Positions 26,610-36,599 of a DNA stretch of 64,000 nucleotides are shown here, one piece after another; position 1 is the stretch's first letter, and each line of letters begins with the position of its first letter. Source of the stretch: Candidatus Hodarchaeota archaeon (GTDB lineage Archaea > Asgardarchaeota > Lokiarchaeia > Sigyniarchaeales > SOKP01); the NCBI GenBank assembly GCA_048887225.1, contig JBHLJY010000005.1:32001-96000 (forward strand). The letters run 5' to 3'. The position numbers and the translations under genes are program-made. Under the pieces are notes generated by a model. The model saw only the letters and a list, made by a program, of their open reading frames with translations. It was not told the DNA's origin and did not search any database.

Positions 26610-28565
26610 TTAAAAAAAATAATATTTGTTAAGTAGATAATTGATTTCCTCTATATTTAGTTTAAATAATTGGAAAAATAATTCATCAATAATTTTTTGA
26701 ATAAAATCTTCATCATTATATTTTAGAGCTACCTTAATATCTGCCATTAAATCTATTTGGTTAAAAATTGAAAAGTATCGTAAATTTTTTAATTTTAAAG
26801 AAAAGTTATTTAAATTGTGCTTTTTAGAGGAACAATGAAGTTCAATTAACCAAGAGATAAGGAATCTAATTAAAGATATAATAGCTAAATCTTCCGCAGA
26901 CTGAAATTTTTCCAAATTTGGTATAGGTAATCCATATTCAAGTTTTGTTTTACTTCTTTTAATTTGAATATTTTTTGCCTTAAATAGAAAATGAACAAGT
27001 CTGGAATTTAAATAGGCCAGAATAAATCTATAGTTTATTTTCTCTTCCGAAAATCTTGGCCACAGAAAATATGTATCTGAGGTCGCAAAATAAGGAGAAT
27101 CTGAATATCCAAATATGTTTTTAGTTGAAATATATTTTAAAAAGATTTTTTTACTATTCTCATATAAAGGTTCGAGATCTATTAATTTATCTTTAAAAGC
27201 TTTTTCAAACATTCTAATAGAAGTACCTCTTCTTGGAAAATAAAAGTCATTAGGATTTTCTTTTGCGATTATCAATATTTCTCGCAATTCTTTTTCAAAT
27301 TGTTTTAAATATGCAGTTAGAACAGGATATTTTTTATCGTATAATTGATTCCGTTTGTTTACTTCGTAGAAAGGGAATTCATTTTTATTGAAATATATCG
27401 CATATCCTTCATTATCATTATGAATATATCCATAATGCCTTATAGATTTACTCTTGTATATTTTTTTAAGCCTATCTTTTTCAACCTCAGAAAGTTTTAA
27501 AAATTGATTATTTACCTTAACAAAATATTCATTATGTTTAATTTTTAAGTTATCGCCCTCATTTAAAATAAAAATATTGTCTTTAATGAAGATTAATCCA
27601 TTGCGAATTATAAAATAATCTCTCAAAAAAGAAATATCGCTGTTAATGGAACAGAAATTTTCGATTTTATCGACAATCTCTTTAACTTCTTGAGGATAGA
27701 TCAGATTCCAGCTGCCTTCTCTTTTCAATTTTCTATTATTTAAAGCAGATTCATATCTCAATATATCATTTGAATCAGCGTTCTTGATTAAATTCTTAAA
27801 GATATTTTTATTAAACAATTTATCTGATATATTACAATCCTTTTTCTTACGAACTTGAATAATTTCTATAGGTTTATCAATGCTTTGTACTTTTTCTTGC
27901 TCATTTTTCTTTTGTATTACAAATACACAGTTATGCTGTCCTTCAGCTCCCTTAAATAATTTTAAACGCGACAAATCAACATATTGAAGTAGAAAACACT
28001 CGTCTAGTATATGAGGTTTAAGTAATTTTATTCCAGTTTTTTCAGATTTCGTAATCCAATAATTTGTTGTAATAAACGAAAGAATCCCTCCAGGATTTAA
28101 TTTTAATATTCCTAAATGAATAAAAAAATAAAATAAATCCATATTGCCAACGAAAAACTTCTTACAAATTGGAAATTTATGCACATATTCTTGGAAAATC
28201 TCAGCGTTATAGTTCTGTCCTAAATATGGTGGATTTCCAATTATTAAATCATACTTATCGTTAATTTTTGAACCTAAGACGTTTTTAAATTTGAATTTTA
28301 CCCCTGGATAAGCATCTAAGAGATAATCCTTCAAATTTTTATCTATTTCATAAGCAGTAATATCAGAAAAATTATTCTGAATTAAATATTTCAAAAAAAT
28401 TCCTTTTCCAACGGATGTTTCTAAAACTTTTATATCGCGAGGATTTTTTTTGAGATTTCCTATGAATTTTAATACATTATTAACCATGAATTTTGCGATA
28501 TATCTTGGAGTAAATATTTGGCCTATTGACTCGCTTCCATTATAATTTCTCTTATTTAAAACCAT
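26610..28565 (-). CDS. N6-adenine DNA methyltransferase (gamma class, TaqI/Eco57I-like) with a target-recognition domain
   Basis: GQIFTP, ETSVGKGIF (motif I), YEID, IIGNPPY (motif IV), LAYLNSRL. Confidence 0.88.
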   Translation of the reverse strand: MVLNKRNYNGSESIGQIFTPRYIAKFMVNNVLKFIGNLKKNPRDIKVLETSVGKGIFLKYLIQNNFSDITAYEIDKNLKDYLLDAYPGVKFKFKNVLGSKINDKYDLIIGNPPYLGQNYNAEIFQEYVHKFPICKKFFVGNMDLFYFFIHLGILKLNPGGILSFITTNYWITKSEKTGIKLLKPHILDECFLLQYVDLSRLKLFKGAEGQHNCVFVIQKKNEQEKVQSIDKPIEIIQVRKKKDCNISDKLFNKNIFKNLIKNADSNDILRYESALNNRKLKREGSWNLIYPQEVKEIVDKIENFCSINSDISFLRDYFIIRNGLIFIKDNIFILNEGDNLKIKHNEYFVKVNNQFLKLSEVEKDRLKKIYKSKSIRHYGYIHNDNEGYAIYFNKNEFPFYEVNKRNQLYDKKYPVLTAYLKQFEKELREILIIAKENPNDFYFPRRGTSIRMFEKAFKDKLIDLEPLYENSKKIFLKYISTKNIFGYSDSPYFATSDTYFLWPRFSEEKINYRFILAYLNSRLVHFLFKAKNIQIKRSKTKLEYGLPIPNLEKFQSAEDLAIISLIRFLISWLIELHCSSKKHNLNNFSLKLKNLRYFSIFNQIDLMADIKVALKYNDEDFIQKIIDELFFQLFKLNIEEINYLLNKYYFF

Positions 28566-28702
28566 CTAATTTAAATAATAGGTTGTAAAATCTAAATAAT
28601 TGTTGGTTTATTCATTTGATATTAAATTTAAAAACTAATAATTAGGGATTAATTAGAGTGATTTTTAATCCCCCAGTACCCATAGAATAAATTTATTTAA
28701 TA

Positions 28703-30223
28703 TTAAGGACTATGAGGATGTTGTTCCATTTTTATATTTACTGGCCTCAAAGATCCAATTGCCCAGCCCGTTAATTCATTGAGAGACGGATGAATTATCA
28801 TAGAATGGTAAATCGGCATAAATGATCCCCCTTCTGGACAAGCTCGAGCTATTTTAGGAAGATCTCTTTCCTCAGAATATTCGGGCAAAACGCATGAAAA
28901 ACCAGCGTTCATTAAATAAACGAAAGGTTGAACTAAAATCGCAGCATGGGGGCCTACAACATGAGCGCCTAAAATTCTATATGATTTATCAACGATTAAC
29001 TTTACAAAACCATCGTCCTCCTTGTTTTCTTCAAAACCCATTGCGAAACCTTTAGCAACAGAAGAATAATGGTTTATGGCAACAAATATTTCATGCCCTT
29101 TATCAATTGCTTCTTCTTGAGTCATGCCAACATGTCCAATTTGTGGATAGGTAAAAATCGCCCAAGGAACGGAGGAATAATCCACTGATTTGCGTTGTTC
29201 TTCCGGACCAAATATATTATTAGTGCATATTTCTGCCTCGTAATTTGCCTTATGACGAAATTGATAAAGTCCATTAGCATCGCCTAAACACCAAATATTT
29301 TTTTTGTTAGTTTCCAAATAGTTATCAGCTTTAATCCACCCTCGTTTATCAGTTTCAACACCTGTTTTTTCTGGTTTTAACCAATCGGTGTTTGAACGAC
29401 GTCCTGTTGCCACCAGAATCTCTTCAGCGTTAATCTCTTTTTTTTCACCAGTTTTTGTATTTTCAATCGTTACAACTTTTAAATTTCCTTTCTTACTTGC
29501 TTTGATCGCTTTATAATTAACTAGGACCGTCATAAATTTTTTAAAATTATTTTCGAGAAAAGCGCTTATTTCAGGCTCCTCAGTAACAACTAATCTAGGT
29601 AGCATTTCTACTATTGTAACTTCAGTTCCAAAGGCAGAAAAAATATGTGCAAATTCGGCAGCAATAACACCTCCACCAATTATTATAAGGCTTTTCCAAG
29701 GTTTCTTTGGAAAGTTTTCTCCAAAAAAGCTCTCGTTAGTAATATAGCCAACTTTTTCTAAGCCCTCTATTGGAGGAACAAATGAACGAGCACCAGATGC
29801 AATGATAAATATTTTTCCTTTAAACGGTTCAGAATAACCAGATCCGTCGTTTAACTTGATTTTCATTTCATATTCTCCAGTAAATTCTCCAATTCCTCTA
29901 TACATCGTTAGGTTAGGAACGGTAGATAACTCTTCTTCCATTTTTTTACTTTCGTCAATATGCTCCCACATTCTTTTTGAAATTAAATCCCATTCAATTT
30001 TCTTTAAATCAAATTGAATTCCAACATTACTCGCGTGCTGAGCTTCCCTAATCATATCGGCAGGATAAACTAAAATTTTCGAAGGGATACATCCTCGTGT
30101 TAAACATGTAGCTCCAATTTTGTAATCTTCTATAAGAGCACATTTCAATCCCTTTCGGAGCCCAGTATTTAAAACGCTTAATCCAGCGCCACTCCCAATA
30201 ACTACTAAATCGTAACTTTCCAT
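28703..30223 (-). CDS. Class I pyridine nucleotide-disulfide oxidoreductase (dihydrolipoamide dehydrogenase/mycothione reductase-like)
   Basis: GSGAG, TCLTRGCIPSK, GGGVIAAE, HPSLNE. Confidence 0.9.
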   Translation of the reverse strand: MESYDLVVIGSGAGLSVLNTGLRKGLKCALIEDYKIGATCLTRGCIPSKILVYPADMIREAQHASNVGIQFDLKKIEWDLISKRMWEHIDESKKMEEELSTVPNLTMYRGIGEFTGEYEMKIKLNDGSGYSEPFKGKIFIIASGARSFVPPIEGLEKVGYITNESFFGENFPKKPWKSLIIIGGGVIAAEFAHIFSAFGTEVTIVEMLPRLVVTEEPEISAFLENNFKKFMTVLVNYKAIKASKKGNLKVVTIENTKTGEKKEINAEEILVATGRRSNTDWLKPEKTGVETDKRGWIKADNYLETNKKNIWCLGDANGLYQFRHKANYEAEICTNNIFGPEEQRKSVDYSSVPWAIFTYPQIGHVGMTQEEAIDKGHEIFVAINHYSSVAKGFAMGFEENKEDDGFVKLIVDKSYRILGAHVVGPHAAILVQPFVYLMNAGFSCVLPEYSEERDLPKIARACPEGGSFMPIYHSMIIHPSLNELTGWAIGSLRPVNIKMEQHPHSP

Positions 30224-30331
30224 AATTTCAATTTATCTATATCCCTTTTAAAGTTTATATTAATGCTTTAAAAATTTTTTATGAAAAAATTTTTAATGGA
30301 AGAAGAAAATAACAAAAAAAGAGAGTAAACA

Positions 30332-31261
30332 TTAACCTTTAATTACTTCAACTAGTTTTGGAAAAATTCTAGTGTAATGTACAGCCATACAATGGACACC
30401 AGCTAGTAAATTTTTCGCTTTTAGCTCAGATATGATTGGTTTAAAAAATTCATAATTTAATTGGTCGTACATACGCTTTTGTTCAGCTTTATCAGGCATA
30501 TCATTCTTAACGCTTTTCCATTTAGCAAGAATTTCTTTTGGCACGTCAACACCAGGAACAAACATATCAAATCCTTTCGCAATACCATAACTTTTCATTG
30601 GAAAGATCCCTAAAAACAGAGGAACATTATATTTTTTAATTGCTTCTAAAAATTCTATTGTCATATCAATATCGTAAACAACTTGAGTTTGTATGAATTC
30701 TGCTCCCGCTTCAGCTTTTCTTCCTATTTTTAAGATTTCTGCTTCCATTGGATCTGCGTTTGGATTAGCCGCAGCACCAACATGCATGGTAGGCGGATGT
30801 TCAATTTCATTAGCGTTAATTTTTCCAGTATCTACCATTTCTCTTACGAGCTTGACCAACGTTGCGGAATCAAGATCAAAAACAGGTTTTGTTTCGGGCA
30901 TATCCCCCATATTTGGATGGTCGCCCGTAAGAGATAATATATTACGCAAGCCTAAAGCATGAGCGCCCATAATCTGCCCAGCTAAACCTAGTTTATTACA
31001 ATCTCTAACGGTTAATTGCCATACGCATTCTAGTCCAGTTTCTCTCTGAATTATATGGGACGCTGCCATGGAATTAATTGTAACGATTCCGAGTGGACTG
31101 TCAGTCACATTAGCAGCTACTACGTATGGAGCCATTTCTTTCGCTTCTTGAATAGTGTGAGAAAGATCGCAAGTCTTTTCAGGTTCTAATTCTCCAGTTA
31201 AAACGAATTCTCCTTTAGCAATCTTCTCTCCCAGTTTTGAATATATCTTTTTCTCCGCCAT
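30332..31261 (-). CDS. metF: Methylenetetrahydrofolate reductase (copy 1)
   Basis: GELEP, NVTD, TVRDCN, LTGDHP, DLDS, GAEFIQTQ. Confidence 0.88.
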   Translation of the reverse strand: MAEKKIYSKLGEKIAKGEFVLTGELEPEKTCDLSHTIQEAKEMAPYVVAANVTDSPLGIVTINSMAASHIIQRETGLECVWQLTVRDCNKLGLAGQIMGAHALGLRNILSLTGDHPNMGDMPETKPVFDLDSATLVKLVREMVDTGKINANEIEHPPTMHVGAAANPNADPMEAEILKIGRKAEAGAEFIQTQVVYDIDMTIEFLEAIKKYNVPLFLGIFPMKSYGIAKGFDMFVPGVDVPKEILAKWKSVKNDMPDKAEQKRMYDQLNYEFFKPIISELKAKNLLAGVHCMAVHYTRIFPKLVEVIKG

Positions 31262-31278
31262 TTATTAATCTACTCCAC

Positions 31279-31950
31279 CTATCTAAATAATACTTCTCTC
31301 TGATGTCCAGAATCGGTCCAGTTCCTGGGAACCCTAAGTTTACTAAATAAGTCTAACCTTCCCAATTCCTTTAATCGATTAAAAATCAAAATCCACCCAC
31401 AATCCCTTTCATAATTTCCAACTTCACATTTGCCAGCGACCATCCCTCCGCAAGGTCCATTCATTAATGCTTTAGCGCAAGTTGTTATGGGGCATATTCC
31501 TCCAGTTTCATTTAAGAGACAATCTCCACAACCTAAACAGCGCATTCGAAACCTACCGATTCTTTCCGTCATTCCCATAAATTGTGTATTATTGGTTACA
31601 AAGACTTTTTTATTTGGATGTTTTTTACTAAGTACTTGAACTATTGATTGAACCCCAAGACCGCAACTTAATGTTAGAATCGCATCTGCTTTTTTCACCG
31701 ATTCGTCAATTTTTCTTAAATCCTTCATCATAACCCTGTTATCACATACATCTTCTGAAACTACACCTTCTATAATCTCAAAACTTTCATTCTCTAATAT
31801 CTGAGTCCATTCTTTTAAGCCTTCAGTTCCACCCGTCTGACAAAGGGCAGCACATGATCCACAAGAAACAATAACGAGTTTATTAATCCCGTTTTCGTTT
31901 AACACGTTAATAACATCCTCAACCGGCTTTTTGGTTGTTATTACTACCAT
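31279..31950 (-). CDS. metV: MTHFR Fe-S/Zn subunit MetV (copy 1)
   Basis: CGSCAALCQTGG, SCGLG, CLGCGDC, CPITTCAKALMNGPCGG, CEV, CGW. Confidence 0.88.
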   Translation of the reverse strand: MVVITTKKPVEDVINVLNENGINKLVIVSCGSCAALCQTGGTEGLKEWTQILENESFEIIEGVVSEDVCDNRVMMKDLRKIDESVKKADAILTLSCGLGVQSIVQVLSKKHPNKKVFVTNNTQFMGMTERIGRFRMRCLGCGDCLLNETGGICPITTCAKALMNGPCGGMVAGKCEVGNYERDCGWILIFNRLKELGRLDLFSKLRVPRNWTDSGHQREVLFR

Positions 31951-32167
31951 TTTATACTCAATAATTTCATTTAAATATAAAATTTATAAACCTAGAATGA
32001 AGAAATTTTCAAATAATTAAAAATTTATGATTAATTTTGAAAATTTTTAGACTAAAAAAAATAATAGATTTATCAGAATTAGAAACTAATTTTTTTGTTT
32101 TTAGTAATTTATAAAACTAAAAAAAATAAATGTTATCTCATAAATAAAATAAAAAAAAAGAGAGAAA

Positions 32168-33646
32168 TTAGATTAGTCCCCCGCCCATAAGAGCTCTTGA
32201 GATTGGAGTTGCTATACCCCCAAGTATAGATCCAATCGAGGTTAATTTCTTTAACTGACTTTTTAAATCTTTAGAAACTTTTACTGATCGTGTTTTACCT
32301 TCAATTATTGTTCCATCTGCAGTTTCTAAGAAGATTTGGATTGTCTGCTCTCCTATTTCTCTAGGTTCTAATGTAAGCCATGTGGTATCTCCATTCTCTA
32401 ACATTATTGATAATGTTCCAACAATATCATCTCCAGAAGAAAATAAAGGTATTCGCTTTTCTGGTATCCTATAAGTCCCTCTCCCCTCGACTTCAATGTC
32501 AAGCACAATTTTTTTTGGATCAAAGCCAGGTGCAATTATTTTAATACGATATTCTTTAGATTCTTCTGCATTATTATAAAGATAGACCATAACATTAAGT
32601 TCACTGTTTTTAAACACAACTTCTTGAGATGATGAATCCATGTATATAGGATCTTTTGACACACGTTCGATGTTGTCAGTCAATTCTAATTGTAACCTAT
32701 CAATTATACTGAAAAAGCCAGCATTAAACCTTTTAATAAAGTTAAACAATTTGTTGATATCTTTTCTTGAGAAATACCACCTGCCTTCTATTAATGCCCC
32801 TTTCTCAACATTAAAATTTGCTGAATCCAAATTTATTACTTCTCTTAATTCTCCAAGAAATTGTTCGTATGTTAGGACTTCTTGGTATCTTAAATAATAT
32901 AAGAAAAGTATTTTTTCAATAGCAAAGGTTATGGGAAGCTCTTCTGCTTCTCTTACTCTTACAATTTCTACGAAATTAGGATTTAAAATTTTGTTAAGAA
33001 CTGCCAAATACTCGTCCCATTTAAGAAATGTCACTGGATCTAAATGATTAGATAAGACATCTGAGAAAAAATTGTCTAAAAATATTTGATGTGTATTAGG
33101 TTTGTAAAAATCTTGTAAGCCATTTACATCATGAATATTAAGCTTTAAACTTCGAATTAATAGAGCTAAGCCGAAGCCAAATAGTGCAAAACCAATTGCG
33201 GCATAACCTAATTCAAGAAGACCAAGAATTAACATAGTAACAAATAGACCTAAGGATACTAAGCATAAGAGTGCTATTATAAAAAGTAGGTTTATTACTT
33301 TTTTAACATTATTATCAAGTAAATCAAAACCATCTAAACTATCTATTGGTCTCCCTCTTTTTCGCTCAAATTTCAGCCGATTTTTGAGTGCTTTTTGTGT
33401 ATAGAATGCCCCTAATAATAATAAAAGTGAATTTAAACCGTAAACACCCAAAATTACGTAGAAACTAACATTTAAAGTAAGATCTGAGAATATGTCTAAG
33501 ATTATGAGAAGGGATAATCCTACTAGCACAATAGGTAAGATAAAAAGAAATAATTTTCCTATTTTGCTTATATAGCCTATTAAAAATGCTTGTTTTCCTT
33601 CTAATCTTTTTATTTTTTTTAAAGCCCTTTCAAATCTGTTTTCCAT
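32168..33646 (-). CDS. Hypothetical membrane protein (about 4 N-terminal TMs, C-terminal beta-rich domain)
   Basis: 492-aa ORF with clear hydrophobic helices; no recognised motif. Confidence 0.75.
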   Translation of the reverse strand: MENRFERALKKIKRLEGKQAFLIGYISKIGKLFLFILPIVLVGLSLLIILDIFSDLTLNVSFYVILGVYGLNSLLLLLGAFYTQKALKNRLKFERKRGRPIDSLDGFDLLDNNVKKVINLLFIIALLCLVSLGLFVTMLILGLLELGYAAIGFALFGFGLALLIRSLKLNIHDVNGLQDFYKPNTHQIFLDNFFSDVLSNHLDPVTFLKWDEYLAVLNKILNPNFVEIVRVREAEELPITFAIEKILFLYYLRYQEVLTYEQFLGELREVINLDSANFNVEKGALIEGRWYFSRKDINKLFNFIKRFNAGFFSIIDRLQLELTDNIERVSKDPIYMDSSSQEVVFKNSELNVMVYLYNNAEESKEYRIKIIAPGFDPKKIVLDIEVEGRGTYRIPEKRIPLFSSGDDIVGTLSIMLENGDTTWLTLEPREIGEQTIQIFLETADGTIIEGKTRSVKVSKDLKSQLKKLTSIGSILGGIATPISRALMGGGLI

Positions 33647-34233
33647 TGGTGTATCATCTTTTTTTTTGTTAGAAAATTTTTTGTAAATATTATATAAATC
33701 ATATATTTTTAATTTTTATTGTAAAAATCTAATTTTAATTTATGTCAAATTTTCTTTATAATCCTACAAATTTTTTATTTTTCTAGTAAAAGACTATCTA
33801 AAGACTAGTTAGAAACGGCATTTTGATCATGATCAGTAATATTTCAAAGACAGATTTTAGAAAATGATCATAAAACAACGAGTTTTTTATTTTTTTTGCG
33901 AAGTTTTTTTTGAGTATTTTATGACTAAATAAGTACTTATTTCTATATAATGTAAGGATTCCGTCATAAGAATTAATTTTTTTGTCAAGATCATATTATT
34001 TATTTTTTTAAGATTTTTTCAAATCGGAAAAAATAACGCATAAAACTATCGTTTTTCGTCATTGACATTTTTCGTAATAAGAACAGCAGAAAAAATCAAA
34101 TCTTAAAATATTTTACCGAATCAGTAAAACGCGATAAGGATTTTAACCAGATACCTTTATATATTAAAAAATTCTTACTTAAAATGGGAATAAAACTAAA
34201 AAAAATTAAAAAAAAAATAGATGTGATAAAAAA

Positions 34234-34569
34234 ATGGAAATAATAGAAAAAATTAAACAGGAAGGAATATCTGATGAACAACGAAAGCAAATATATTCTT
34301 TTTCGAGTCATATAAGTCAGGAAACTCGGGACGAGGTTTGCCCCGCGCTTCTAAAAATTTTATTGAACACCGAAAGAGGAGCATTAAAAAACGAATTAGG
34401 TCGAGTTATATTCCATTTGCAGAAAAATAATCGTCTCAACACTATAATAGGGCTTGAAAAATTAATAGACGCATCCTTAATGGTCGCACCCGAGAAATTG
34501 TTTAATATTCTCGAGTCTTCTGAAGAAGACGCCAAAGAATTAGCGAAACAAATTAAATCAGTTTTATAA
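34234..34569 (+). CDS. Hypothetical helical protein
   Basis: ATG preceded by a GTGA SD-like element; typical composition. Confidence 0.75.
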   Translation: MEIIEKIKQEGISDEQRKQIYSFSSHISQETRDEVCPALLKILLNTERGALKNELGRVIFHLQKNNRLNTIIGLEKLIDASLMVAPEKLFNILESSEEDAKELAKQIKSVL

Positions 34570-34610
34570 AGAAAAAATTTTTTTTATTAACTTTTTTTAT
34601 TTATTTTATA

Positions 34611-34916
34611 GTGTCAAATTCAGATGAAGATTTAGACAAGGCTTGGTGTTATTATAAACGAGTAAAAAACGCGCTTACTGGTTTATTTGAAATTTTGACT
34701 ATGAAGCTTGATGAAAACGATATTTTTTATCAATGTGCTGTTGATAATTTAATACAATTAAAAAAGACTATTGTAGATCTATTGAAACATGATTATGAAG
34801 CCGATGAAATTAAAAGAAAATTAAGATTTTTGGAATTTGATATGAAAAAATGCCTTTTCTTTACGCGCGATGACGAAACATCCAAAGATAAAAAAAATGG
34901 AAATGAAGATGGATAA
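34611..34916 (+). CDS. Hypothetical acidic helical protein
   Basis: 101-aa ORF, GTG start, co-oriented with neighbours. Confidence 0.7.
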   Translation: MSNSDEDLDKAWCYYKRVKNALTGLFEILTMKLDENDIFYQCAVDNLIQLKKTIVDLLKHDYEADEIKRKLRFLEFDMKKCLFFTRDDETSKDKKNGNEDG

Positions 34917-35005
34917 CCTATTAAAAATTTTTTATTAAATAAAAAGGGAAAATACAAATTAATTCCTTTTTTTTTATAACTAACTAAAATTATTTGGGTT
35001 AAATT

Positions 35006-36025
35006 TTGCCGAGATTTAAATCGGAATTCAGTCAAATAGAAGGGATTTATCGTTTTAAGATCGATGTGCCTTTCGATGTCAAGTTTGTGTGCATATATTT
35101 ATTCAGAATCGATGATAAAAACATTCTCTACGATGCCGGATTAAATATGGGTAATTGGGACAAATTATTTTATTCTTCACTTCAAGAGATAAATATACCT
35201 ATTGAAGATATCGATTATTGCATCGTTTCACATCATCATTTGGACCATATAGGTTTAACTAAGAAATTTAAACGGAAGAATCCAAATATTCAGATTATGA
35301 TGTCAGAAATGACTCATGAAACGCTTAAATGGGAGACCGACCCAAACAATCTTGAAGAATTAGAAAAGGATGCTAAGGAAATCGCCAAGATGATGCTTAA
35401 ATTCGGGATTAGTGAAGCTCAAGGAAAACGGCTGGTTCAATGGTTTACTATGTGGTCCAAATTTAGAAGATATCAGAAGCCAGACAAATTGTTACAAGAC
35501 GGCGATGAAATTTCTTTTGATACGAATAAATTAGAAATTATATGGACTCCCGGGCACTCTATCGGCCATATATGTGTCTACGATCAAAAAAACCAATATT
35601 TATATTCTGGAGATCACATTCTTTCGAGAATTACACCACATATTGGAAATTTTCTGGTAATTCCAAAATATAGGAACTACGATTTTGAAAATATACTGGA
35701 CCATTATTTAAAATCATTAGACAGGATAGATGAATTAAATCCAAAGATAATCTTTCCAGCTCATCAAGAAGTCATTTATAATCCTCATAAGCGTATAATA
35801 GAAATTAAAGAACATCATAAGAATAGACTTCATGAAATTTCAAGTTTAATTGAATTCAATCCAATGACTCCTGTAAGAATATCTCAAATGCACTTTGGAG
35901 ATGATTTAGACGAAATTAACAGTTATTTAGCGCTAAGCGAAGTTTTAGCACATCTGATTTATCTAGAAAATCAAGAGAGAGTTAAAAGAATTGAGAAAAA
36001 TGGAAAAATCCTATTTGTGTGTTGA
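35006..36025 (+). CDS. MBL-fold metallo-hydrolase with a C-terminal wHTH
   Basis: SHHHLDHIG, TPGHSIGH, SGDH, PAH. Confidence 0.9.
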   Translation: MPRFKSEFSQIEGIYRFKIDVPFDVKFVCIYLFRIDDKNILYDAGLNMGNWDKLFYSSLQEINIPIEDIDYCIVSHHHLDHIGLTKKFKRKNPNIQIMMSEMTHETLKWETDPNNLEELEKDAKEIAKMMLKFGISEAQGKRLVQWFTMWSKFRRYQKPDKLLQDGDEISFDTNKLEIIWTPGHSIGHICVYDQKNQYLYSGDHILSRITPHIGNFLVIPKYRNYDFENILDHYLKSLDRIDELNPKIIFPAHQEVIYNPHKRIIEIKEHHKNRLHEISSLIEFNPMTPVRISQMHFGDDLDEINSYLALSEVLAHLIYLENQERVKRIEKNGKILFVC

Positions 36026-36076
36026 AGAACAAGCCCTTTTACAAGAAAATTATAATATGTTCTTTTTTTAGATTTA

Positions 36077-36535
36077 TTAAGGCACACTACCATTTTGTGA
36101 GACTGTTTTTATTGGTTTTAAAACTACGCAAACTCTTTCAACACTTTCAATGTCAGTTCTGGCGCGAAACGCTTCTATTAAAGCGTCCAACTCATTAGTG
36201 TCAGGTACATTTACTTTTATTAATACACCGCACCTCCCATCGAGCTTATATACTTCTTCACATTGCGGAAGTATTATAGTTTCTCTCAATAATTCCTTTA
36301 TTTGAGATTCGTTTTTTGGAATAAGAGTAATAAAAGCATAAATACATCTTTCATCTTCACGACAAATTTTAATTGTAAATTTCTCAATTATTCCTCCTTC
36401 TTGTAAGCGAACTACCCTCTTTCTCACTGTTGATTCAGATAACCCTATTTCATCGGCAATCTCACGATATGGCCTTCTTGCATCCTCCAGAAGCATTTCA
36501 ATAATTTTCTTGTCTTTATCGTCTAGGTTTTTCAT
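36077..36535 (-). CDS. Lrp/AsnC transcriptional regulator
   Basis: LDDKDKKII..DARRPYREIA..GLSESTVRKRV. Confidence 0.92.
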   Translation of the reverse strand: MKNLDDKDKKIIEMLLEDARRPYREIADEIGLSESTVRKRVVRLQEGGIIEKFTIKICREDERCIYAFITLIPKNESQIKELLRETIILPQCEEVYKLDGRCGVLIKVNVPDTNELDALIEAFRARTDIESVERVCVVLKPIKTVSQNGSVP

Positions 36536-36599
36536 TCTTTTTTTTCTATTCGGATTTTATTATTTTCATAAATTAAAAAAAAAAATATGTTTTATTACA

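Noticed and set aside
33647-34233. Canonical archaeal replication origin or C/D RNA in the long intergenic region
   Set aside because: No ORB consensus with a G-string, no adjacent orc1/cdc6, and no properly arranged C/D boxes; kept only as an unexplained motif array
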